A DNA stretch of 64,000 nucleotides from Candidatus Saccharimonadales bacterium (GTDB lineage: Bacteria > Patescibacteriota > Saccharimonadia > Saccharimonadales > JAYRRP01), in assembly GCA_041910055.1 (NCBI GenBank), contig JAYRRP010000006.1:5057-69056 (forward strand), written 5' to 3'. Shown piece by piece: positions 17,872-28,971 of the stretch. The position numbers were made by a program, and so were the translations under genes. The notes beneath the pieces were generated by a model. The model was not told the DNA's origin and did not search any database. It worked only from the letters and a program-made list of their open reading frames with translations. Numbering within the stretch: position 1 is the first letter of the stretch; every line of letters starts with the position of its first letter.

Positions 17872-20688
17872 TTACTTTCGCAACATAGCTTTTAAATACT
17901 GGCCAGTAAACGAAGCTTGATTCTTTACAACTTCCTCTGGCGTACCGCTCGCAATCACTAGACCGCCGCCTTCTCCACCTTCTGGACCCATATCAATTAT
18001 ATGATCAGCCGACTTTACAACATCCAGGTTATGCTCAATAACAATCATGCTGTTGCCAGCATCCACAAGTGCCCCTAATACATTGAGTAGTTTATCAACA
18101 TCAGCCATATGCAGACCAGTCGTTGGTTCATCAAGTATGTAGAGGGTACGCCCGGTGGCTCGTCGTGATAATTCAGTCGCCAATTTCACGCGCTGGGCCT
18201 CTCCTCCCGACAGCGTCGTTGCTGGCTGGCCCAGACCAATGTAACCCAATCCTACATCCACCAGCGTCTGCAATTTACGAGCAATAGACGGGATAGATCC
18301 AAAGAAATCCAGCGCCTGCTCACACGTCATTTCTAGCACGTCGCTAACAGTCTTGCCCTTATAGTGGATCTCCAGCGCCTCACGGTTATAGCGCTTCCCT
18401 TTACAGACTTCGCAGTTTACATAAACATCGGGTAAGAAATGCATTTCAATCTTTATAATCCCGTCACCTCGGCAATTTTCACAGCGACCGCCGCGTACAT
18501 TGAAGCTAAAACGTCCGGGACTGTAGCCTCTTAGCTTAGCTTCAGGCACGCTGGCAAACAATTCGCGGATGGGAGTAAACAAGCCAGTGTAGGTTGCCGG
18601 ATTAGAGCGAGGAGTGCGGCCAATAGGGGATTGGTCAATAATAATTGCTTTATCCAAATGCGTTAAGCCCAGGATATCGTCATGTTTCCCTGGCACTGTA
18701 TTGGCCCGCATCAATCGGGCTGACAATTCCTTGGCCAATATATCATTAATTAAACTCGATTTGCCTGAACCGGAAACGCCACTGACCACTACCAGTTGGC
18801 CTAAAGGAATAGTGACATCAATTGTCTTCAAGTTGTTCTCGCGGGCTCCTTTTATCACTAAGGATTTGCCGTTGCCAGGCCGCCGTTTCTTTGGCACCGG
18901 AATAGCTTTCTCCCCCCGTAAATATTGGCCCGTAATACTATTCTTCTCCTTGGCAACATTCGAGGGGGCACCGCTGGCAACCACAGAGCCACCATGAATA
19001 CCCGCACCTGGGCCAATATCAAGTAAATAATCGGCGCGCCGAATAGTCTCTTCATCATGTTCCACAACGATCACGGTATTGCCAAGATCGCGGAGATGTT
19101 CAAGTGTGGCAATAAGCCGTTTGTTGTCTCTTTGGTGTAAGCCGATTGAAGGCTCATCGAGCACATATAATACCCCCATTAACCCGGAACCAATTTGTGT
19201 TGCCAGACGGATACGCTGGGCTTCGCCGCCCGAAAGCGTCACCGCACTACGCAAGAGATTAAGATAATTCAACCCTACGTCCTGCAAGAAAGTAAGCCGT
19301 GTACAAATTTCTTTAAGAATCTGGTGGGCAATTTTCTGTTCTGTACCACTTAGATTCATCTCACCAAAGAATTCAAGCGCTTGATCAATTGAGAGGCCAC
19401 ACAGATCCATAATTGATTTGCCCTTTACTTTCACTGCCAGCACTTCCGGCTTCAGACGTAGTCCGTGGCATTCATGGCACGGTCGTTCCTGCATGAAACG
19501 TTCAATATCACGCCGCATAAAATCACTCTCCGTCTCTTTGTGGCGCCGTTCCAGATTAGGTATCACTCCTTCGTAGGTTGTTTCAAATGATCGGCCTAGA
19601 CCCAAAGAGACACGGAACTTCTCAGCACCCGTGCCATAGAGTATTTTGTCGAGCTGATCTTTCTTCAATTGTCCAGTGGGAACATGTAAGCTGAATTTAT
19701 ACCGATCAGCCACCGCTTGCATTTTTTTCATATACCACGCGTCGGCATTTACCCGGTTAAACGGTCGAATTGCCCCTTCAGCGATAGTCAAACGACCATT
19801 AGGAATCACCAGATCCGGATCTACCTCAAGCCGAGAGCCAAGACCAGTACAAACTGGACAGGCACCGTGTGGTGAATTAAAGCTAAAAGTACGCGGCTCC
19901 AACTCAGGAATGTGTACATCGGGGTGCTGCTGACAGGCATACATCAGGCTATAGTCTTCCGACTCCCCATCATCAGCATTCAGCACCGATACCCTTCCAT
20001 CGGCAATATCCAGTGCCTGCTCAACCGATTGGGCCAGACGCCCACGGGACGCCTCATCGTTCACCAGCCTGTCCACCACAACTTCAATCCTGTGTTTATA
20101 ATTTTTATCGAGCTCAGGGAATTCATCCAACGCATAGACAACTCCGTCTACGCGTGCTCGCGCGTAGCCAACACGCAGATATTGTTCAGGTATATGCTCA
20201 AAGGCACCCTTTTTGTCCACCACAATTGGGGCTAGAATCATCAAACGCTTACCTGGTTGGGAGACAGTAATTTGGTCGACAATAGCTGCCGCAGTTTGCC
20301 TCGAAACAGGTTGCCCACAAATTGGACAATGAGGGATACCAATTCTGGCAAACAATAAACGTAAATAATCATAAATTTCCGTAACTGTCGCCACCGTACT
20401 GCGTGGGTTGCGGCTAGTAGACTTCTGATCAATGCTGATAGCCGGGCTTAATCCGTCAATCTGATCAACATCCGGTTTTTCCATGAGACCTAAAAACTGG
20501 CGAGCATACGAACTTAGCGACTCTACATAGCGGCGCTGGCCTTCAGCATAAATTGTGTCAAAAGCCAGGCTTGATTTCCCTGAGCCACTGAGCCCGGTAA
20601 TAACCACTAACTTTCCGCGCGGAATCTGCACAGAAATATTTTTTAGGTTGTGCTCGCGCGCACCTTTTACTTCGATAAACTCACTCAT
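17872..20688 (-). CDS. uvrA: excinuclease ABC subunit A
   Basis: Two ABC ATPase modules ([18 protein letters not shown]), zinc-finger Cys pairs and LSGGE signatures. Confidence 0.95.
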   Translation of the reverse strand: MSEFIEVKGAREHNLKNISVQIPRGKLVVITGLSGSGKSSLAFDTIYAEGQRRYVESLSSYARQFLGLMEKPDVDQIDGLSPAISIDQKSTSRNPRSTVATVTEIYDYLRLLFARIGIPHCPICGQPVSRQTAAAIVDQITVSQPGKRLMILAPIVVDKKGAFEHIPEQYLRVGYARARVDGVVYALDEFPELDKNYKHRIEVVVDRLVNDEASRGRLAQSVEQALDIADGRVSVLNADDGESEDYSLMYACQQHPDVHIPELEPRTFSFNSPHGACPVCTGLGSRLEVDPDLVIPNGRLTIAEGAIRPFNRVNADAWYMKKMQAVADRYKFSLHVPTGQLKKDQLDKILYGTGAEKFRVSLGLGRSFETTYEGVIPNLERRHKETESDFMRRDIERFMQERPCHECHGLRLKPEVLAVKVKGKSIMDLCGLSIDQALEFFGEMNLSGTEQKIAHQILKEICTRLTFLQDVGLNYLNLLRSAVTLSGGEAQRIRLATQIGSGLMGVLYVLDEPSIGLHQRDNKRLIATLEHLRDLGNTVIVVEHDEETIRRADYLLDIGPGAGIHGGSVVASGAPSNVAKEKNSITGQYLRGEKAIPVPKKRRPGNGKSLVIKGARENNLKTIDVTIPLGQLVVVSGVSGSGKSSLINDILAKELSARLMRANTVPGKHDDILGLTHLDKAIIIDQSPIGRTPRSNPATYTGLFTPIRELFASVPEAKLRGYSPGRFSFNVRGGRCENCRGDGIIKIEMHFLPDVYVNCEVCKGKRYNREALEIHYKGKTVSDVLEMTCEQALDFFGSIPSIARKLQTLVDVGLGYIGLGQPATTLSGGEAQRVKLATELSRRATGRTLYILDEPTTGLHMADVDKLLNVLGALVDAGNSMIVIEHNLDVVKSADHIIDMGPEGGEGGGLVIASGTPEEVVKNQASFTGQYLKAMLRK

Positions 20689-20762
20689 AAAGCCGAATTA
20701 TTATACGCGAAAATCAGGTTATTATCCAGGCATAGGCAGGTAATTTTGGCTGCAAAAGTTCG

Positions 20763-21410
20763 CTATCGATTACTTGGATAGAATTCAATAGGATCGAGCA
20801 TCACTGCCTTATCTAATGGCAAGGTTTCATTCAAAACATCGATAGTAACGTTACGTTCAAATCGCGTTAATTTGCCCTCGACATCTCCTAAGCTTACATG
20901 CAAGGCTGGAATATCTTTCAGTGCTCCCCGCATGCCTAAATTACCCAAGTGGCTAAGGACTGCTCTATGTTCTTCTTCCAATGTTTCACTCTTAACCTGT
21001 ATACCAACATGACTATTTTTGCTGAGCATCATTACTCGGCCCAGTTGTATTTCCACTTGGCCAGGAGTCCGCTCCTTAAGGTCATGCTCAAGAGCACTGG
21101 CTTTCCTGCCGAACTCATACCCGATGACAATGCCGCGTCTCAATTGGTTGTCCAGTTTGCGTTTAGGTAGCAGAGTAACATGCAAGGCGTCCCGCGCTCT
21201 AATGTTATCAGGGATATCATTGGAGTCTTGCAGTTCATAGAGCCTATCGAGCAACGGGATAGCCGAGGTGTAAGCAAGCTGACGACGAACCCCAAAGGCA
21301 GCCGGTGGATCAGCTTTAATTGCCATTTTTAGCTCGTGGTTAGCAGGCAGCGCTGAGCGAGCTCTTTGTGGTATTTGGTTCTTCCGGTTTTTCCTTCCCA
21401 TAAAAAGCAC
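20763..21410 (-). CDS. hypothetical protein, possible 2H phosphoesterase fold (start uncertain)
   Basis: Two H-x-T/S-x motifs (ALHVTLL and ALHVSLG) about 94 residues apart. Confidence 0.45.
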   Translation of the reverse strand: MLFMGRKNRKNQIPQRARSALPANHELKMAIKADPPAAFGVRRQLAYTSAIPLLDRLYELQDSNDIPDNIRARDALHVTLLPKRKLDNQLRRGIVIGYEFGRKASALEHDLKERTPGQVEIQLGRVMMLSKNSHVGIQVKSETLEEEHRAVLSHLGNLGMRGALKDIPALHVSLGDVEGKLTRFERNVTIDVLNETLPLDKAVMLDPIEFYPSNR

Positions 21411-21512
21411 CTACACTCATCAACAAATACATTAATATATTTTGCTTTAGTATACCAGTTCCATAATTTATTACCAAATTGTCAATAACCATAACCATTT
21501 AATATTATATTA

Positions 21513-21540
21513 TTGACTTTATTTCAAATTTATTTAAAAT
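21513..21540 (+). promoter_or_regulatory. sigma70-like promoter candidate in AT-rich divergent intergenic region
   Basis: TTGACT (21513-21518), 16-nt spacer, TAAAAT (21535-21540), about 35 nt upstream of the ATG at 21576. Confidence 0.35.
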
Positions 21541-21575
21541 ACGTCCCAAAGCTTTAAATCTTTGAGGCAAACATA

Positions 21576-21785
21576 ATGATGCAGTTCATAGTACTGGGCC
21601 TAGTTCCTGGCACCCACTTAGAGATCACCTTCGGCTGGCTCACTGGGTGTCTGTGGGCATTGATATTTGTAACTCTTATCACGCTGGATATTCGCTGGCT
21701 ACTCCACTCTTTTAGTGGCTGGCAGGCACCAAACTTTGCGCGAAAAGTTGCATCTCTTCTAAAAGGTAACCTTGCTCAGCAGTAA
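21576..21785 (+). CDS. small membrane protein (69 aa), uncertain
   Basis: Two hydrophobic segments. The 3' end overlaps the sbcB 3' end by 74 nt. Confidence 0.35.
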   Translation: MMQFIVLGLVPGTHLEITFGWLTGCLWALIFVTLITLDIRWLLHSFSGWQAPNFARKVASLLKGNLAQQ

Positions 21786-23154
21786 GCGCAGGAACTTTGG
21801 ATAGTTCTTCTAGTTGAGCTAAAAATTTCGCTAACCTGCTCTTATTACCACCATCAAACAATTTTCGCTGCCGATACTCCTCCCACTGCTGCTTTTCTTC
21901 TGTCGTCAGACTTTTAGGAAAATTGCGGGCTTTATATGGCAAGACAAGCGCCTTAAGACGTGGATCCTGGAACTTATCAATATACTTAGCCAGTGATTCA
22001 GGTTGAGATTGCCGGAAGTGAGACAATAATTTTCTGTCTGCTTCTGGATAAAAGCCGTCATAGAGTAGACTTTCCGCCTCTTGGTTGTCAGCAAATATTT
22101 GGGTTTGGCGATGCGTCTGCATAATCTCCAACGCTTCAAATAATCTTTCCGGCCACTCAGTCATAGCTCGCAGGCGATCTAAATGAAGATGACAGGTAGC
22201 ATCAATATCAATATGCAACCGCTTCTGAGCTGAGACGTCTAATGTGCCAAGTGGTGCAATAGCCGGACATCGATTATACGCCAGTGTTTTTACCGGAAAA
22301 GGCGGCTGTTTCTCATCAAAGGTTTTAGGATACCATGCTTCAGCAATTTGTGCCGGAGTCAGGCGGGCAAGTGATTTGGGGTCACAGCGAAGGTCATAGA
22401 CCAAGGCGGCAGCTGAGCGGTGAGGATGGGCCGCCAGATAAACTGCTAGAGTTGTTTTTTCGAATTCACTTGGGTACCTTCCTGAGGTATAGACAAAGGG
22501 GCGACCACTTTCAACTATCTTTTTTACTTCTTCTTTATTGCGTAACCTCATAAGGTAATCAAATAATTTCGGCTGCTTACGCTGTAAAAGACGTGCAAGT
22601 TCAATAGTAGCCATCACATCACTCAGTGCATCGTGGGCAGAGGTGTGCGACAAGTTGTTGCTGGCAGTGAGCAACTCCAGTCGATTGCTCGGGCGACCTT
22701 GGCTGTCAAAGGGCCAAACTATCCCGTCTGGCCGCAGCGCCCGGGTCATTCGGACCGCATCGAGCAGATCCCAACGTGAACGGCCCTCCTGCCATTGCCA
22801 CTCATAGGGATCATAAAAATTACGGAAGTGCAGATACCGCATAAACTCATCATCAAATCGAATCGTGTTGTAACCGATAAAGACTGTATCTGGGACCGCA
22901 ATCTCCTTATGGAATAATTCCAGAAACTCAGCTTCTCTCATTCCATCTGCCCATGTCTGCTGGGGCGTAATCTTAGTCACAAACACTGCCCCAGGGTCAG
23001 GCAAACTATCATCAGTTTGAGTAATCAATACATTGTGCGGCTGGCCAATTGGTTCCAATTTCTGGTTCACTCTTTGGCCAGCAAACTGCACTATACGCGC
23101 TTCCTTGGGATTAAAACCAGAAGTCTCGAGATCGTAAAAATATAAACTTGGCAT
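21712..23154 (-). CDS. sbcB: exodeoxyribonuclease I
   Basis: DEDDh exonuclease N-terminus (YDLETSG...) followed by ExoI SH3-like and C-terminal regions; length 480 aa. Confidence 0.85.
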   Translation of the reverse strand: MPSLYFYDLETSGFNPKEARIVQFAGQRVNQKLEPIGQPHNVLITQTDDSLPDPGAVFVTKITPQQTWADGMREAEFLELFHKEIAVPDTVFIGYNTIRFDDEFMRYLHFRNFYDPYEWQWQEGRSRWDLLDAVRMTRALRPDGIVWPFDSQGRPSNRLELLTASNNLSHTSAHDALSDVMATIELARLLQRKQPKLFDYLMRLRNKEEVKKIVESGRPFVYTSGRYPSEFEKTTLAVYLAAHPHRSAAALVYDLRCDPKSLARLTPAQIAEAWYPKTFDEKQPPFPVKTLAYNRCPAIAPLGTLDVSAQKRLHIDIDATCHLHLDRLRAMTEWPERLFEALEIMQTHRQTQIFADNQEAESLLYDGFYPEADRKLLSHFRQSQPESLAKYIDKFQDPRLKALVLPYKARNFPKSLTTEEKQQWEEYRQRKLFDGGNKSRLAKFLAQLEELSKVPALTAEQGYLLEEMQLFAQSLVPASH

Positions 23155-23158
23155 AGGC

Positions 23159-24481
<1,323 letters not shown>

Positions 24482-24492
24482 TCAAGTTAATT

Positions 24493-25551
24493 TCAATAAA
24501 TGTATGAGTAGCGGGCAGCATCTGCGGCTGAGAGAGTTTTGTAGCTCACCCGTCCCCAGCCTGCAGTATTCATTTCGGAGACATTCACACTACCATCTGG
24601 GTTAACTGATTCTACAAAGCCCACATGGCCATAGTAGTCACGCGGTGGTGTCCAGATAACGGCACCAGCCTGTGGCGTATTACCTACCCCTAGCCCCGCC
24701 CGGGCAGCCAAAACTTTCCAAGTGCTTGCATTGCCCAAGTTACTTGGGACTGGCCGGCCAATTTGCGACCGCCTAAGAGCAGCCCAGTAAGTACAATATC
24801 CGTAATCATAACCGCCTCCGCCGTATAACGGACTGCTCCCACCCCAGGCAAAGTTACTCCCATAAGAGAGTAAGGCATTCATGCGGCCTGGTTGACTCTG
24901 GACGCCATCAGGAATAACAATCTTTTGCCCAACTGGTAAGCCACTCACCTCAGCATCATTAAAGACTACAATCTGGTCTCTGTTGGCATGAAATTTGGCA
25001 GCCAGTACTTCAGGTGTATCACCAGGTTGTACTACATATACCACTCCGCTAATCGGTGGGATAACCAGTTGTTTGCCAACAGGCAAGTTTTCACCTGTTA
25101 AACTATTTGACCACCGGACACTATCTGAAGTGATATTGAACTTCGCTGCCACACTGCTCACTGTATCGCCAGGCTGGGTCGTATAGGTCTGAATATCTTT
25201 TCGCGATTTCAAAGCAGTTGCTACCACTTGTGGCTTGGCCACCACATTTGTGTCTGCAGGTGTTACTGCCAATTGCGCATTCACCGTATCAGCCTTATTT
25301 ACCACTGAAGTTGATTCTTCTAATCGAGTCATTTGGGCAACATGTACCGCTATATCAGCTGAAGATAACTGGTCAAGGGGATTGGCTTCGGCAGTCTCCG
25401 GAGATACGACAGCCGCACCTTGCCGGACAGAGTGGTTAGAAGAAGGACTTCTCAAGACAAATCCAAGTACTCCTACCAACACTATTAAGTTTGCTGCCAG
25501 GATACTGGTTCGAATCAAGCGTTTTTTGGAACGTTTAGACAGGCGCCCCAT
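24493..25551 (-). CDS. LysM (x2) + CHAP domain peptidoglycan hydrolase, TM-anchored
   Basis: Two LysM-like repeats (YTTQPGDTVSSVAAKF..., YVVQPGDTPEVLAAKF...). C-terminal CHAP-like region (CTYWA...GHVGFVESV). Confidence 0.8.
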   Translation of the reverse strand: MGRLSKRSKKRLIRTSILAANLIVLVGVLGFVLRSPSSNHSVRQGAAVVSPETAEANPLDQLSSADIAVHVAQMTRLEESTSVVNKADTVNAQLAVTPADTNVVAKPQVVATALKSRKDIQTYTTQPGDTVSSVAAKFNITSDSVRWSNSLTGENLPVGKQLVIPPISGVVYVVQPGDTPEVLAAKFHANRDQIVVFNDAEVSGLPVGQKIVIPDGVQSQPGRMNALLSYGSNFAWGGSSPLYGGGGYDYGYCTYWAALRRSQIGRPVPSNLGNASTWKVLAARAGLGVGNTPQAGAVIWTPPRDYYGHVGFVESVNPDGSVNVSEMNTAGWGRVSYKTLSAADAARYSYIY

Positions 25552-25809
25552 AAGGCGTCTCTTGCGTCGTGAGGAAAAAACAGTAAACCGCGCTTGCTTT
25601 GGCTGTTCTAGAACCCGAAGCTGAGTACGAATAAAATACTCCTGAGTGTTCTTGCTAAAGTGGGATCTTCTATCCTTTCAGATAGAATAGTCCCATCGAA
25701 CCGCCTGAGGAAGCAAATTAAATCTTCTTTAGCTGTCAAGCGATTGCAGCCAAGATTTTACCATAATGTGGCCACTTTTTTCAAGCCGCCACCCCAGCGA
25801 GCATCCCTG

Positions 25810-26868
25810 TTACTGGGCTTGATTACACTTCATTTTACAGTATTTTCCAATCAATGCCTGATGCTCCTCGTGAGTATGTGAAAAGTAGGTTGACCCATCG
25901 TCCCCTGCCACAAAAAAGAGCCAATCCGTATTCGCTGGGTGAGCAGCTGCCTGTAAGGAGCTGGCCGACACATTGCTTATGGGGCCAGGTGGCAGCCCCT
26001 TGTGCAGATAGGTGTTATACGGAGAGTCAAATTGGAGCGACGGAGTTTGGCCTGCTAATTTAGCCCCGTAAAACGCAGTTGGATCAGATTCAAGCGCCAT
26101 ATTAAGACTAAGCCTCTTCATAATGACCTGGGCTACCTGGGCACGCTCCTCGGGTTTGGCTGCCTCTTGTTCTACAATCGAAGCAATGATAAGTCCCTGA
26201 TATACACTTAACCCCTGGTTGGCCAACGCAGTTCTAATTTCAGGGGTAAGGCGTTTTTGCATCTCATCGAGAGAACGTTTAACGATAACTTGGGCTTGGG
26301 TATCAGAGGTGCGCTGAAACGACTCCGGATAAAGATATCCTTCCAGGCTGGCTTGCGCAGGCTTATCTACTAAAGCCGGATGATCCTGATATGTCGCCGG
26401 ATCTAAGGCTTTATCTACATCTGACTCACTAAACCCAGCAGTGAGCAAGGTCTTCTTTACCTGGTCAATCCTTTGCCCAGGTAAAATAGTGACTAGATTA
26501 GAGGCGACTTTACCTTCGGTAATAATCGCCACAATCTCCGGCACACTCTGACTTGGACTTAGCTCATAGGTACCTGCCTTGATCTTATCACTGGCTTCTT
26601 GCGCCACTACGTATCGCTTGAAGGCCCAACTATTCTTAATAAATTTTTGCGTTTTTAGATCGTTCGCTATTTCTGCTAGACTAGCACCTCTATGAATAGT
26701 AAAATCCCGAGTTTTTTGACTTGTATTTAAAGCTTTCAAGTTCTCATAGTACCAGTGACGGGTATAGACAACTGCCGTCACCGTCACAACTCCAACCAGC
26801 ACCGTGACCATAAGGGCCACCAGCCACCATGAGCGCTTCTGACGTTTCTTTAACTTGTAATTATTCAT
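25810..26868 (-). CDS. mltG: endolytic transglycosylase MltG (YceG-like)
   Basis: N-terminal TM helix and YceG domain (ASIVEQEA...SPYNTY...GLPPGPI). Confidence 0.85.
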   Translation of the reverse strand: MNNYKLKKRQKRSWWLVALMVTVLVGVVTVTAVVYTRHWYYENLKALNTSQKTRDFTIHRGASLAEIANDLKTQKFIKNSWAFKRYVVAQEASDKIKAGTYELSPSQSVPEIVAIITEGKVASNLVTILPGQRIDQVKKTLLTAGFSESDVDKALDPATYQDHPALVDKPAQASLEGYLYPESFQRTSDTQAQVIVKRSLDEMQKRLTPEIRTALANQGLSVYQGLIIASIVEQEAAKPEERAQVAQVIMKRLSLNMALESDPTAFYGAKLAGQTPSLQFDSPYNTYLHKGLPPGPISNVSASSLQAAAHPANTDWLFFVAGDDGSTYFSHTHEEHQALIGKYCKMKCNQAQ

Positions 26869-27293
26869 AATTCTCTACTGTGGTTGTTTGCCAGCCAATC
26901 AGACAAAATTTGGACGGCTGCAAGCATGTCTACATCTTCTTTATTATAAGGCATTCCTCTTGACTCCAGTTCAGCCTTTGCCTCAACTGAAGTAAGCGTC
27001 TCATCTTGAAACTGAATAGGTATGCTTGTCTCTGACCGTAATTGATCCGCAAATCTCTTCACAGTTGCTGTTTGCAAAGTTTCCGCTCCACTTAAATTCC
27101 TCGGCCACCCAACGACAATAATTTTTGCTCCCTCTTCACCGGCCAGCTCAGCAATATCTTGAGGAGATTGGGGACGGGCTTCTAAAGTACGCAAAGGCTG
27201 TGGTAAACGAGCTAGCGCGTCTGCTCTAGCTACCCCAATGCGCTTTTCTCCTACATCAATCGCCAATATACTGGCAGGTTTTTTTTCGTTCAT
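26865..27293 (-). CDS. ruvX: Holliday junction resolvase-like RuvX (YqgF)
   Basis: ILAIDVGEKRIGVA N-terminus and YqgF size; 4-nt overlaps with both neighbours. Confidence 0.85.
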   Translation of the reverse strand: MNEKKPASILAIDVGEKRIGVARADALARLPQPLRTLEARPQSPQDIAELAGEEGAKIIVVGWPRNLSGAETLQTATVKRFADQLRSETSIPIQFQDETLTSVEAKAELESRGMPYNKEDVDMLAAVQILSDWLANNHSREL

Positions 27294-28969
27294 TGTCCTT
27301 GAGTTTGGTCGTAGGTAATCGAGATACGGCTAGCTTTCCTTGGGGTGCTATGAACCCAGAAAGGACTGTAATCAATTGTTACATCCTTTACTCCTGGCCG
27401 TTCTTGTATAATCCTTTGCACTTCACTTCGTCGCTTACCGGCAATCTCTCGCTTAAGCTGGTCTAATTCTAACTTAGGACCAGCTACTACTAAAGTTTGC
27501 AAAGCTATTTGTACATCAGTATCGTTATTTTTTTGGCTAACTCGCAAATTAGCTTGGTCAAGCCCGGTTGATTGGATGCTCTGTTTACTGCTATCAAGTT
27601 GCTTGTTGGCCTCAGTAGTGATTAGTTTATTGAGGTCATCTGTGCGGGCACCAAACATTGTGTATGTTGTAATTGAAGTCACGGTGACTTCATTGCCTTC
27701 CTGTCCTACAGCTGGCGAAGCAGTAACATTAGGATTGCCTGTCGAAAATGTTTCAGTGAGAGGAGTATACTTCTGATCTTGCAATTGTTTCTTGAGATCT
27801 TCTTTCGCCGCATCATCGTTCTGAGCAATCTTTTGCTTCGCAGTATCTACATCTTGCTGGCTCACTACCTTCACAATCCTACTGGTTCCGCCGGACATGC
27901 TCGAACCACTAATAGTGAAATTACCGGCCAATTTGGCGCTACTATAAGCAGTTGCCGCAAGATTGTAACTATCACCATTCTCCGCTGCTGTTACCGGAAC
28001 CTCAACACTGGCTGACTTACAAACCGATCCGCCACCACTGAAACTCCCTGCCGGAACTGTTGCCGTATTGTTTGCGGTAAAGTTCTTGCCATTCGCACTA
28101 AAGACAGTGCCTCCTGGTAGGGTACGGGGTTCGGTGTCCTCGCAATTCTTAACCGTAATTGAACCGGCTGCCTTTGTCCCTACATCCTTTTGGCCGGTCG
28201 CAGACACTTTTTGAGTGTCAGTCTTTTTACTCTCTTTCTTAAGCGCGGGCACGACGCGTGTTGCTTCATCAAAATTTTCGGTATTAGTACTTGCCGTAAA
28301 GGTAACATCGGTATTTATATTAGTCGTGTCAGTTTTGATAGCAATGTGGGCTTTTGGCAAAATCATAAATGCCACTACCCATCCGACTATCAACAACAAC
28401 ACTACTCCTATGGCAATTAACAAGCGTTTACGGAATTTACTAAAATTCGGCACCTTGGAGCCCTTTTTAGCTTTCTTCGATGATTTCTTGCCTTTTGCTG
28501 CTTTACCGCTTGGTTCAGGCTCATTATCCAGCTCAATGGTTTCCTCAGGTTTAGCCGGAGTCTGAGCAGGCATACCGGCAAGCTCACCAACCGGTTTCGT
28601 CTCATCCAGTGCTGGCTCTTCCTCGGTCTCTAGTGGTTCTTCTGATTCCTCTAATGTCAGGTCATCTGTCGGTACTTCCGGTGGAGAAGGGACAGACGGC
28701 TTGCTTTGAAGCGTTTTTGCCACATGTAATCCAACTGCACCTGCCAGCGGCAATAAGCCCGCTTCACTGGTAATAAGCACAATACGCTTATTATCTTCAT
28801 CGGCCGTGCGCTTTAAGAGCTTCATATTCACGATGCTCTGGAAGACCGCAGCACGCTTAGGCAGGACAAGGGCAAGGATTTTATGCTTACTTCTCTGCAC
28901 TTTATTGATTACACTTGTAATCTCATCATCAATGTCGATATAAATGGTATCTTTTGTCGCTTCGCTCAT
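27290..28969 (-). CDS. hypothetical single-pass membrane protein (559 aa)
   Basis: About 190-aa cytoplasmic N-domain, acidic Pro/Glu linker, one TM helix and a T/S/A-rich extracytoplasmic region of about 340 aa. Its start lies 2 nt from the upstream ftsA-like stop. Confidence 0.6.
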   Translation of the reverse strand: MSEATKDTIYIDIDDEITSVINKVQRSKHKILALVLPKRAAVFQSIVNMKLLKRTADEDNKRIVLITSEAGLLPLAGAVGLHVAKTLQSKPSVPSPPEVPTDDLTLEESEEPLETEEEPALDETKPVGELAGMPAQTPAKPEETIELDNEPEPSGKAAKGKKSSKKAKKGSKVPNFSKFRKRLLIAIGVVLLLIVGWVVAFMILPKAHIAIKTDTTNINTDVTFTASTNTENFDEATRVVPALKKESKKTDTQKVSATGQKDVGTKAAGSITVKNCEDTEPRTLPGGTVFSANGKNFTANNTATVPAGSFSGGGSVCKSASVEVPVTAAENGDSYNLAATAYSSAKLAGNFTISGSSMSGGTSRIVKVVSQQDVDTAKQKIAQNDDAAKEDLKKQLQDQKYTPLTETFSTGNPNVTASPAVGQEGNEVTVTSITTYTMFGARTDDLNKLITTEANKQLDSSKQSIQSTGLDQANLRVSQKNNDTDVQIALQTLVVAGPKLELDQLKREIAGKRRSEVQRIIQERPGVKDVTIDYSPFWVHSTPRKASRISITYDQTQGQ

Positions 28970-28971
28970 TG

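Noticed and set aside
25552-25809. A c-di-AMP (ydaO-type) riboswitch call for the LysM-CHAP leader.
   Set aside because: I could not find the conserved ACGGGGA/CCCA-type cores or the pseudo-twofold architecture by eye. It is kept only as a low-interest candidate leader.
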